Shown piece after piece: positions 19,453-27,527 of a stretch of 64,000 nucleotides of DNA. The notes beneath the pieces are model-generated. The model was not told the origin of the DNA and made no database searches. It was given only the letters and a program-made list of their open reading frames with translations. Positions within the stretch are counted from its first letter, which is position 1. The number at the start of each line of letters is the position of its first letter. This stretch comes from Hyphomonadaceae bacterium (GTDB lineage: Bacteria; Pseudomonadota; Alphaproteobacteria; Caulobacterales; Hyphomonadaceae), in NCBI GenBank assembly GCA_035995285.1, contig DASYKO010000118.1:21211-85210 (forward strand). The letters are read 5' to 3'. A program made the translations under genes and the position numbers.

Positions 19453-19543
19453 GGGGACGCAGGATGGCCCTGCGTGTGTTGGGCATCCGCCATTGCTGGC
19501 GGCTACCGGTAGTTCGAAGGAAAGCGCAGCATCCTGCGTCCCC
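19453..19543. repeat. 91-nt element bounded by perfect 14-bp inverted repeats
   Basis: GGGGACGCAGGATG (19453-19466) pairs with CATCCTGCGTCCCC (19530-19543). CTGCG/CGCAG extends the stem after a 3-nt bulge. An internal CCGCCA-TTGC-TGGCGG hairpin is also present. Confidence 0.7.
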
Positions 19544-19932
19544 GTGGTCGTTGTGCGCCGGCTCAGAGCAGGAAGGTGTTTCACTTCCCTGACGTGAACC
19601 GCCGGCGGCGTGCAGGTCATGGCTGTTCACGGCCACGATCCCGGAGATGACCCCCCGCTTTTGCAGCTTGTGACCGCACTCACGGGGCTAGAGATGTTTT
19701 TCCATCTCTCACGCTCAACCACATCGCCACTGCGCCGTTGAACAGCGATCGACTGCCCTCCATGCAGAGGCGACACACGCATTATCCCTCAGGTTTGGAG
19801 CATGCTGGGGAGATTATTTTTCCCACCACCAGTATGCGACTCTGTGAAGTGAGCAGTTTCAATGAGTTGGGTGTGCTCGATCGTCTGAACTGGCCGCTCA
19901 TACTGGTAGAAAGAAATGCAGCGCTCGGACCT

Positions 19933-20036
19933 CTTTGTGTCCTTGGTGCATCACTTGGCCTGCCGTGCCGACACGTTGCGCTGAAGCCTTGGCGAAGGCG
20001 GAAGTTCCGGAGGAGCGTAGGCAGGTGGTCTTGGTG
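19933..20036 (-). repeat. Scattered inverted-orientation copies of the CACNAAG heptamer
   Basis: CTTTGTG at 19933-19939, CTTGGTG at 19942-19948, CTTGGCG at 19988-19994 and CTTGGTG at 20030-20036. These are reverse complements of the heptamer found in units A and B. Confidence 0.5.
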
Positions 20037-20071
20037 AGAACGCCTGGGCGGTGGGCGTGGTGGGACAAGTT

Positions 20072-20131
20072 TTCAACACGAAGACACCAAGGGAGACACA
20101 AAGACACGAAGTTCCCCTCAGTCGCGTGAGG
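20072..20131 (+). repeat. Heptamer-array unit A (4 x CACNAAG plus short hairpin)
   Basis: CACGAAG at 20077, CACCAAG at 20085, CACAAAG at 20097 and CACGAAG at 20105. Followed by GTTCCCCTCA-GTCGCG-TGAGG. Confidence 0.7.
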
Positions 20132-20154
20132 CGCAGTGCGGGGCGTTCGGAGGA

Positions 20155-20224
20155 TTCAAACACCAAGGTCACCAAGGATGCACCAAGAACACCAAGTTCC
20201 CTCATCCGCGCTGGTTGAGGTTTT
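20155..20224 (+). repeat. Heptamer-array unit B (4 x CACCAAG plus short hairpin plus TTTT)
   Basis: CACCAAG at 20161, 20170, 20181 and 20190. Followed by GTTCCCTCA...TGAGG TTTT. Aligns with unit A over about 50 nt, beginning TTCAA(A)CAC. Confidence 0.7.
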
Positions 20225-20455
20225 GCGCCGACAGCGCCAAGGGAGCGCCGGGCGCCTGCCCGGCTCTTTGGTGCGACGAGTGACGGCGTATGTGTTGAAG
20301 CGCTGGCCGGGCGGGCGCCCGGCGTTCCCTTTGCGCGGGCGGCGCTTCGGCTGTGAGGTTGTGGTTGTTGCTCGGCTGGCGGCTGCCCCCTCCGTCTCGC
20401 ACGCTCCGCGTGCGATCCACCTCCCCCACGCTTTGCGCGAGGGAGGAAAAGAGCG

Positions 20456-21184
20456 CTACAGCTTTCCGTTGTCCGGGAAGACGAGTTTGAGGCCCATGGT
20501 GTCGAGGACGCCGCGGATGTGGTCGATGGCTTCGGGGGTCGGGCCGGGATAGGGGCCGGTGGTGAAGGGGTTGTTGCCGGGATAGCCGATCTGCGTCCAG
20601 CCCTCTGGGGTCGTGTAGTAGGCGCCGAGGGTGAGCGAGCGCATGCGGGTGAAGAATTCAGCCGGCTTTTCGAGGCCCGGCTTCACCTTGTCCTTGAAGG
20701 CGATGTCGTCGGCGATCGATTTCTGGATCTCGGGCGCGGCCTTGTCGAAGGTGGTCTTGCCGCGCGTGTTTGCTTCGGTGTCGAGCCAGGCGAGGCCGGG
20801 GATGATGAGTTTGCGCTGGGCCTGTTGGTCGGGATAGGGCGCGCTGACCCATTCATCGACGAAGGCCTGGACGCCGACCTGGGAGGCGGAGGGCGCTTCG
20901 CCATCGGCGGGGAGGATGAGATCGGCAAGAGCGGCGGTGGTGGCGAGTTCCTGCTTCGTCAGCGTGAGCGGCCACGGGACTTTCGGCGCGGCGAGGTTTG
21001 GATCCTTGCCATATCCCTTGGCGGTGATGGGCGGAGGTTCGGGCCAGGCGAGGCCGGAGAATTTCTCTCCGCAGGCCGCCAGTTGCCCGGCGGCGGTTGC
21101 GGCCGCGAGCCAGCGCAGGGTGGTGCGGCGGTCGACCGAGACGAGGTGGGCGTTGCGGATGGTGGTGTTGATCAGGTTTGCCAT
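20456..21184 (-). CDS. Gluconate 2-dehydrogenase subunit 3-family protein with twin-arginine signal
   Basis: SVDRRTTLRWLAAATAAGQLAAC is a Tat motif with a lipobox-like Cys. Begins 11 nt after the GMC gene on the same strand. Confidence 0.85.
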   Translation of the reverse strand: MANLINTTIRNAHLVSVDRRTTLRWLAAATAAGQLAACGEKFSGLAWPEPPPITAKGYGKDPNLAAPKVPWPLTLTKQELATTAALADLILPADGEAPSASQVGVQAFVDEWVSAPYPDQQAQRKLIIPGLAWLDTEANTRGKTTFDKAAPEIQKSIADDIAFKDKVKPGLEKPAEFFTRMRSLTLGAYYTTPEGWTQIGYPGNNPFTTGPYPGPTPEAIDHIRGVLDTMGLKLVFPDNGKL

Positions 21185-21195
21185 GTTCCCCTCCC

Positions 21196-22872
21196 CTACA
21201 ATTCGCCGGACTTGAGACGGCTGGCGATCTGTTCGGAGTTTCGCATCGCCATCGTCAGGATCGTGATCGTCGGGTTCTTGTGCGCCTTGGAGGCGAAGAC
21301 GGAGCCGTCCGTCAGGTAGAGGTTATCGACGTCCCAGGTCTTGCCATAGGAGTTGGCGACGCTGTCCTTGGCATCCGAGCCCATGCGGCATGTGCCGACT
21401 TCGTGGATGATTTCGCCGCCGGTGGAGATGGCGTCTTTCGGCGCGCGGATGTCTGACGTGATCGTGCCGCCCAGCTTGTCGACGAGGGACTTCACGGCGT
21501 TCTGGAAGTGGGTGACCTGGTTGAGTTCGTGCTCGGACCATTCCCAGTTGAAGCGCGCGACGGGGATGCCGTACTTGTCCTTCTTCTCCGGGTCGATCTC
21601 CATGTAGCACTTGGCGTTGGGGATCATTTCGCCGCGCTGGGTGAAGCCGAAGCGGGCGCCGTATTTCTTCTTCACCTCGCCGCGCAAGCTCGAGCCATAG
21701 CCGTCATAGCCGCCGAAGCCGCCTATGCCGGGCTCGCCGAAGCCGCCGCCGATTTCCATGTGATAGCCGCGCGTGAAGGTCGTCTTGCCCTCGGCGACGT
21801 TCTTGTAGTCCCAGAAGGGGATGTAGGCGTGCAGGCCCATGGCGCCGTCTTCGTTGTAGATCGGCCGGCCTTCGAGTTGCGGGAAGTAAGCCGAGAGGCT
21901 GGAGCCGACCGTGTCCATCAGGTTGCGGCCGACCTGACCGCTGGAGTTCGCGAGACCTTCGGGGCGGCCATTGGGTTTTGAGTTGAGCAGCATGCGGGCG
22001 GTCTCGCCCGTGGAGGCGGCGAGGACGACGACGCGGCCTTTTGCTTCGCGGTGCGCGCCGCTGGCCTTGTCGATGTAGCGCACGCCCGTGGCCTTGCCGG
22101 TTGGGCCGAGGATGACTTCGTAGACCATCGCGCCGGTCTGGATGGTGAGCTTGCCGGTCGCCATTGCCCACGGGATCAGCGAGGTGGTGGTCTGGAAGGC
22201 TGCCCCGATGCCGCAGCCACGGCCGCAGGGGGAGGCCCAGTAGCAGGCCTTGCGGTTGTCCATGTCCTTGGTGAGCACTGCCCGGCGTGCGGGGACGACG
22301 GGGATGCCGAGAGCGTCGCCGCCGGCTTTGACGAACAGTTCGGGCACGCGGAATTTCGGCGGGGTGTGGAGGACGCCGGGTGAAGCTTTCGGATGGTTCT
22401 CGAGGCCGAGATTGTTGCCGTAGACGCCGACGAGCTTTTCCGTCTTGTCGTACCAGGGCGCCATGTCTTCGTAGGAGACGGGCCAGTCGACGCCGTGGCC
22501 GTCGCGCGTGTGGGGCTTGAAGTCGTAGGGGCCCATGCGGAAGGAATTGCGCGCCCAGTGATTGGTACGCCCGCCGAGCATGCGCGAGCGCCACCACATG
22601 AATTTGGAGCCCTCGGCGGAGGTGTAGGGTTCATCCGGAATGTTCCAGCCGCCATCGATGGTGGCGTCGTAGTAGCCGAATTCCTTGTCGGGCGTGCCCT
22701 GGCCGCGGAGGGGCGCGTCGTGTGACAGGTTCAGCATGGCGGCTTCGGAGGGGTCGTAGTCCCTGCCCGCTTCGAGCATCAGGACGGATGCGCCTGCCTT
22801 GGTGAGCACATAGGCGGCCATTCCGCCGCCTGCGCCGGAGCCCACAACGACTGCGTCGTAATCATCCGCCAT
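21196..22872 (-). CDS. GMC-family FAD-dependent oxidoreductase (no signal peptide of its own)
   Basis: MADDYDAVVVGSGAGGGMAAYVLTKAG Rossmann motif and a C-terminal HEVGTCRMG motif. 558 aa. Confidence 0.9.
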   Translation of the reverse strand: MADDYDAVVVGSGAGGGMAAYVLTKAGASVLMLEAGRDYDPSEAAMLNLSHDAPLRGQGTPDKEFGYYDATIDGGWNIPDEPYTSAEGSKFMWWRSRMLGGRTNHWARNSFRMGPYDFKPHTRDGHGVDWPVSYEDMAPWYDKTEKLVGVYGNNLGLENHPKASPGVLHTPPKFRVPELFVKAGGDALGIPVVPARRAVLTKDMDNRKACYWASPCGRGCGIGAAFQTTTSLIPWAMATGKLTIQTGAMVYEVILGPTGKATGVRYIDKASGAHREAKGRVVVLAASTGETARMLLNSKPNGRPEGLANSSGQVGRNLMDTVGSSLSAYFPQLEGRPIYNEDGAMGLHAYIPFWDYKNVAEGKTTFTRGYHMEIGGGFGEPGIGGFGGYDGYGSSLRGEVKKKYGARFGFTQRGEMIPNAKCYMEIDPEKKDKYGIPVARFNWEWSEHELNQVTHFQNAVKSLVDKLGGTITSDIRAPKDAISTGGEIIHEVGTCRMGSDAKDSVANSYGKTWDVDNLYLTDGSVFASKAHKNPTITILTMAMRNSEQIASRLKSGEL

Positions 22873-23029
22873 AGGCAGCCTCCCGGCCCGGTTTGTCCGG
22901 ACTCATGCACAAATCAAACTGGGGGCAACTCAAACAGGCGCAGCGGCTGCCGTCGAGGGCGCCGTGAGGTAAACCTTTGTGACAGCTGCTGGAAAGTGGG
23001 CTGGCGGCAAGGTCAGGTGAGTACGGGCC

Positions 23030-23953
23030 CTAGTATTTCGCCTCGCGAATGTAGATCGGCCGCGCGATCAGGAAGAGGATGGCGCCGATCAGGCCAACGC
23101 TTTCCGCACAGATGAGGGCGATGCGCAGCCCATCCGCCGCGCCCCAGCCGGAGGCGGAGATCGTATCGCTGAGGAGGCCGACGGCGATCGGGCCTATGCC
23201 GAGGCCCAGCACGGCGATGACGAACACCAGGATCGCCGACGTGGTCGGCCGGATTTCGGGACGCACGAGGGCATAGACGCTGCTCAGGGCGGGGCCGTGG
23301 GCTGCCGAGCGGATGACGTTGAGGACGCATACGAGAAGCAGAGCCGCCATGACGTTCGGCGCGAGCAGGGCTGCAACGGCGATCGGCAGGGAGACGAGCT
23401 TCGCCACTGCGGGGATGATCATATAGACGCCGTATCCGCCTCGCTTCGCCATCGTGTCGGCAAGCCAGCCGCCGAGCAGCGTGCCGATGATGCCCATGAT
23501 GCCGGTTGTCAGCCCCAGCGCGATGCCGACGAAGCCCACCGGCGTCGTGATGCCCATGACGCCGCCGAAGGTCGACGCCAGCTGTTTCAGTTCCTCGGGA
23601 TGCACGCGGAGCATGAAGGCGGCGAAGAAGGCGGAGTGGACGAAGTTCACGAGGCCCCCCGTGGCGGATACAACGGTGATGAGAGGAAAGCTCTTGCTCG
23701 ACGCCAGCTCGCGCAGGGTCGCGACGGCGCCGAGTTGCCAGTCATTGAGCTTGAGATCGAGGCGGATCGGCTCGGCCAGGATATTGATGACCTGCCGGTC
23801 GAGATAGTTGATCGTGTTGATGAGCAGCAGGACGCCGAGGAAATATCCCTCACGCCCGCTGAAGGCCGAAGCACGGCTGCCCGCCAGATTCGGCGTCACT
23901 GATCCTCTCCCCGCGTCGGACCGATCTTCGCCCAACAAGCGATGGCTTTGCAC
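23030..23953 (-). CDS. MFS transporter lacking TM2-TM6 (in-frame internal deletion; likely non-functional remnant)
   Basis: The N-terminus GYFLGVLLLINTINYLDRQVINILAEPIRLDLKLNDWQLG is TM1 plus loop of spinster-like MFS proteins. It runs directly into central-loop/TM7-type sequence (TLRELASSKSFPLITVV...). Only about 7 TM and 307 aa remain. Alternative start GTG 23899. Confidence 0.65.
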   Translation of the reverse strand: MQSHRLLGEDRSDAGRGSVTPNLAGSRASAFSGREGYFLGVLLLINTINYLDRQVINILAEPIRLDLKLNDWQLGAVATLRELASSKSFPLITVVSATGGLVNFVHSAFFAAFMLRVHPEELKQLASTFGGVMGITTPVGFVGIALGLTTGIMGIIGTLLGGWLADTMAKRGGYGVYMIIPAVAKLVSLPIAVAALLAPNVMAALLLVCVLNVIRSAAHGPALSSVYALVRPEIRPTTSAILVFVIAVLGLGIGPIAVGLLSDTISASGWGAADGLRIALICAESVGLIGAILFLIARPIYIREAKY

Positions 23954-24088
23954 CAGTCAGCCCTGACCACTATCTCTTAGGGGAAGGAAATCGCGAAGAA
24001 CAGCCGCACCGCCTGAGCCTAATCCGAAATTGATCGGGCGTGCTAATGTGCTAGAGCCGGATGTGTAATCACGGTTTCGAGGTAGTGC

Positions 24089-24754
24089 GTGCCGCAAAAG
24101 GCGACCAAGGTTCTGGCCGGCGGCCCCAAGAAGCCGCAGCGCATTCCCAACGTGGAGCGCACCGCGACAACGCGCGGCAAGCTGCTCAACGCCACCATCG
24201 ATTGCCTGGCCGAGCTTGGCTATCACCAGACCTCGACTGTGGTGGTGACCGAGCGGGCGAAGGTGAGCCGCGGCGCGATGCTGCACCACTTCCCGACCAA
24301 GGCGGATCTGATGATGGCCGCTTCCGAGCACATAGTTGAGTTGAGACGCGGACTACACGACGATCGCCTGCCCCGAATGAAAGACGACCGCGACCGCTTC
24401 CTTCACCTGATCGACGTGCTTTGGGAGGCGTTCGATACGCCGTCTGGCATTGCCCGCGTCGAGATCATGCTCGGCTCGCGCTGCGATCCCGAACTCGGGC
24501 CGCGCTTTCGCAAGCTGAACGATGAACTCGAGCTGCGTCACAAGGAGCGCGTCTGGCAAAGGGCGCAGAGTATCGGCGTAAAGGATCGCAAGACGATCCA
24601 CGCTTTCGTGCAGCTCTATGCGGCGGCGGTGCGTGGCCTCGCCATCGACCGGCTGTCGACGGGATCGAAGACGGACATCAAGAGCGCCATTGCGCTGCTG
24701 AAGGAGTTTCAGCTGGGTATGCTGGAGAAGCTCCTGGCCGACGCAAAGAAATAG
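24089..24754 (+). CDS. TetR/AcrR-family transcriptional regulator
   Basis: HTH region TRGKLLNATIDCLAELGYHQTSTVVVTERAKVSRGAMLHHFPTKADL. Divergent from the MFS remnant. Confidence 0.9.
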   Translation: MPQKATKVLAGGPKKPQRIPNVERTATTRGKLLNATIDCLAELGYHQTSTVVVTERAKVSRGAMLHHFPTKADLMMAASEHIVELRRGLHDDRLPRMKDDRDRFLHLIDVLWEAFDTPSGIARVEIMLGSRCDPELGPRFRKLNDELELRHKERVWQRAQSIGVKDRKTIHAFVQLYAAAVRGLAIDRLSTGSKTDIKSAIALLKEFQLGMLEKLLADAKK

Positions 24755-24859
24755 AGCGTCTGACAAACCGGCTGATCGGATTGCTTCCAGGGCACAGGGC
24801 CGGGGAGCCTGATTGCCGCTTCATCATGACTAGTCTACCCTGACTGTTAGCGGAGAAGC

Positions 24860-25012
24860 ATGTTCCGCACCGACGGCTTCACTTGGCCGACTTATACGGA
24901 TGCGGGCGACGATGCCGCCCGCTTCGAGGAGAAGCCTAAGCTGGTGAAATCCAAGACGCTGCCGAGCGGAGCGCCTCCGGGCGCTCCGCGTGGCTCTATG
25001 GCGCCGAACTAG
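24860..25012 (+). CDS. Orphan 50-aa ORF (unknown; acidic N-half, Pro/Lys-rich C-half)
   Basis: MFRTDGFTWPTYTDAGDDAARFEEKPKLVKSKTLPSGAPPGAPRGSMAPN*. GGAGAAG ends 1 nt before the ATG, a tight spacing. An in-frame TAG lies 4 codons upstream. 38 of 50 codons end in G/C. A terminator follows 22 nt downstream. Confidence 0.45.
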   Translation: MFRTDGFTWPTYTDAGDDAARFEEKPKLVKSKTLPSGAPPGAPRGSMAPN

Positions 25013-25033
25013 ATTCCCTATCGGGTTGATGCC

Positions 25034-25068
25034 GCGGCGGCGCGAGAAATTGCGCCGCCGCCTGTTTT
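25034..25068 (+). terminator. Intrinsic terminator after the 50-aa ORF
   Basis: GCGGCGGCGC-GAGAAATT-GCGCCGCCGC is a 10-bp perfect stem, followed by CTGTTTT. Confidence 0.6.
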
Positions 25069-25160
25069 CCGGGGCTGTCCAAAAAATCACGCACCGCTCT
25101 CACGCTTGCGAAGAGAGTCGAGGTGGCGCTGATCCCTACATGTGTTAGGCGTGCCTCGCC

Positions 25161-25877
25161 ATGAAGAAACGCCGGCCGCCCGAACCCCCTTCCGACCTGC
25201 CCGTCGGCACAAAGGAAGGACGCCTGTCTGCTCACGCCAACCCTGCCCTGCAGCGGCGGAGCATGCGTTCGGTCGAGAAGCTCATGACGGCCGCGGAGGC
25301 CGTGCTGGGCCGCGAGGGATGGGCCGCTTTCACGATCAACGCAGTCGCGGCCGAAGCCGGCATTTCAGTCGGCGGCATCTACCGCCGCTTCGCCAGCAAG
25401 GAACAGCTGCTGCGCGCCATCAAGGACCAGGTGCTCGACCGGGCAGACGCCGACCACAAAGAGATTGCCGCCACCTCGAAGGCGAAGAGCCTTGATGATG
25501 CGATCGCGCACTATGTCTCGCGCCGGATCGCTTCGCTGCGCAGCTATTCCGGCATCATGCGGCAGATCTTCGAAGGCCAGCAGCGCGACCTGGTGATGGA
25601 AGAGCGCGGGCGCCAGTCGATCAATGTCGGCATCCGGGTGTTCCGCTCCGTGATCTCTCCCTTCCGGTCCGAGATCGGGCATCCCGACCCCGAACTGGCG
25701 ATCGATGCGGCGTTCTACATGATCGTCGGCATCGTGATGCGCCGCGTGCGCTCGCCGATCAGCGATCTCTCCTTCGATCACATCGACTGGAGCGTGCTGG
25801 AGAGCGAAATGACGCTTGCGATCACGCTCTACCTGAAGGCTACGCGCCCGGTGAAGAAGTCTCAGGCGCGGAAGTAG
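25161..25877 (+). CDS. TetR/AcrR-family transcriptional regulator
   Basis: HTH region AFTINAVAAEAGISVGGIYRRFASKEQLL. 238 aa. Confidence 0.9.
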   Translation: MKKRRPPEPPSDLPVGTKEGRLSAHANPALQRRSMRSVEKLMTAAEAVLGREGWAAFTINAVAAEAGISVGGIYRRFASKEQLLRAIKDQVLDRADADHKEIAATSKAKSLDDAIAHYVSRRIASLRSYSGIMRQIFEGQQRDLVMEERGRQSINVGIRVFRSVISPFRSEIGHPDPELAIDAAFYMIVGIVMRRVRSPISDLSFDHIDWSVLESEMTLAITLYLKATRPVKKSQARK

Positions 25878-26112
25878 GTCGACAAGACTGGCCGCCTTGC
25901 TCTCGACGCATGGCAAAGCGAGGCGACGCCCGGCAGGCCGCTCCGGCAGGTGATCGAGACCATGCGCTGGCAGCCGGTAACTGCACCTGAGGAAAGCGGT
26001 TCTCGTTCTGCGTTCAAAGCCAATCAATCATACTGCACATTGACCGGTACAAATGAGAGGGTAAATTCGCATTCGCCAGCGGCCTTGTTCTCGCGCGGCC
26101 GGGGAAGAGTGG

Positions 26113-26715
26113 ATGACTGATTGGCCGGATGACGATCCAGCAATCCGCATGCGGCACGGGAGGCTGAAGATTCCGGGCTCCGACCGCGATGGCGGCTATG
26201 GCTGGATCTCGATCGCCCTGCACTGGCTGGCGGGCGTCGCGATCTTTGTTCTCCTGTTTGCGGGCGATTCCATCGGGACTGCAGGCGAGCCTGCCCGCCG
26301 CGTTCATACCACGATCGCCTCGTGTGCATGGCTGATGCTGGCGGCGCGCATTGTGTGGCGACTGGTGGAAGGCCATCCGCCTCCGGCGACGGGTCAGGGG
26401 CGCTTCTCGTATGGCGCAGGCGTTGCCGTGCACTATGCCCTGCTGGCCGGGATTGCCCTCATGCTTGTGTCGGGGCCAGTCGCCGGATGGTCTAGCGGCG
26501 GCGGGATCGAGGTGTTCGAGCTTCGGATTCCCGGCGCCGAGCCGCGCCTGCCTGAGCTCTACGCGTTCGCGCGCGAGGCGCACATCGTTGGCGCCGTCGT
26601 GCTGGCTGTGGGAACAACTGCGCACATCGCCGGTGTGCTGAAGCACATGTTCTTTGACCGCGACAATCTTTTCGATCGCATCATGGTTCCGCCCAGGCGG
26701 CGGACTGAAACCTGA
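26113..26715 (+). CDS. Cytochrome b561-family membrane protein (CybB-like)
   Basis: Four TM with conserved His residues (IALHWLAG, AVHYALL, AREAHIVG, TAHIAGVLKH), typical of the di-haem b561 family. Confidence 0.85.
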   Translation: MTDWPDDDPAIRMRHGRLKIPGSDRDGGYGWISIALHWLAGVAIFVLLFAGDSIGTAGEPARRVHTTIASCAWLMLAARIVWRLVEGHPPPATGQGRFSYGAGVAVHYALLAGIALMLVSGPVAGWSSGGGIEVFELRIPGAEPRLPELYAFAREAHIVGAVVLAVGTTAHIAGVLKHMFFDRDNLFDRIMVPPRRRTET

Positions 26716-26742
26716 TCCTGGGGACCGACTCTGGAGCTTTCC

Positions 26743-27252
26743 ATGCGCCTGATGATCCTTGCCGCCGCCGGTTGCCTCGCCGTCGGCCTTGCCGCCTGTG
26801 TCAAGTCTCCGGACGTCGTCGCGGCGAGCGATGACTCTACGCCGCCCTTCGTCAACGAACTTGATGTTGGTGAGATCATGGTGCACGTGATGGATCCGCA
26901 GGCGCGCCAGTTCTGGGCGGGATGGGGCGAGGAGTATTCCGCTGCAGGCCGCATCGATGTCTCCGCCAGGACGGATGAGGAGTGGAAGAAGGTCGAGGAC
27001 GGCGCGATCGGCGTCGTGATGGGGGCCAACACGCTGACGCTTCCCGCCTATCGGCGCAAACCGGAAGACAAGTGGCTCAAGCTCGCGCGCGATGTCGCCG
27101 ACCTCGCGATGCAGGGGCGCGACGGCGCCGAAAGGCAGGACAAGGCGGCAATGGAAATCATCGGCGGCAAGCTCAATGTGGCGTGCGATGCCTGCCACAA
27201 TACATTCCGGCCTGTTGCGGAAGAAAAGGCGGCGCGCCTGACGCGCCCGTAA
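26743..27252 (+). CDS. Class II c-type cytochrome (cytochrome c'-like) lipoprotein
   Basis: Signal with lipobox (GLAAC). A single CDACH haem-binding motif lies near the C-terminus, as in four-helix-bundle cytochromes c'/c556. Begins 27 nt after the b561 gene. Confidence 0.75.
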   Translation: MRLMILAAAGCLAVGLAACVKSPDVVAASDDSTPPFVNELDVGEIMVHVMDPQARQFWAGWGEEYSAAGRIDVSARTDEEWKKVEDGAIGVVMGANTLTLPAYRRKPEDKWLKLARDVADLAMQGRDGAERQDKAAMEIIGGKLNVACDACHNTFRPVAEEKAARLTRP

Positions 27253-27527
27253 CGCCGCCAAGGACCTGAATTGCTCTGCTGCTGCGTCTGCGTACCAACG
27301 TAAGCGCTTGCCTGGTAAGGCATTTCTGGAAACGTCGGTTCCCTATCTTAGGTAGTCCATACAGTTGTTTTCAGGCGCCTTTTTCATCATATGCGAATTA
27401 TAGTTCCCCTTGACTCTGTATGTCGCTGTGCGATTTCTCGACTGCCGTTGCGGCGCCTGCCGCCGGTTCAAGAACATCGCCCGCGGCTCAGCAAACATGC
27501 GAGCCGCGAGCACTCGGGAGGAGAAGC

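Noticed and set aside
19738-20552. ORFs of 64-138 aa within the 1.1-kb spacer (e.g. 19738..20037 plus, 19951..20205 minus, 20136..20552 plus)
   Set aside because: They have no Shine-Dalgarno sequences, atypical composition and mutual overlap. Their sequences are dominated by translated heptamer repeats and GC-rich hairpins. The region is treated as non-coding.
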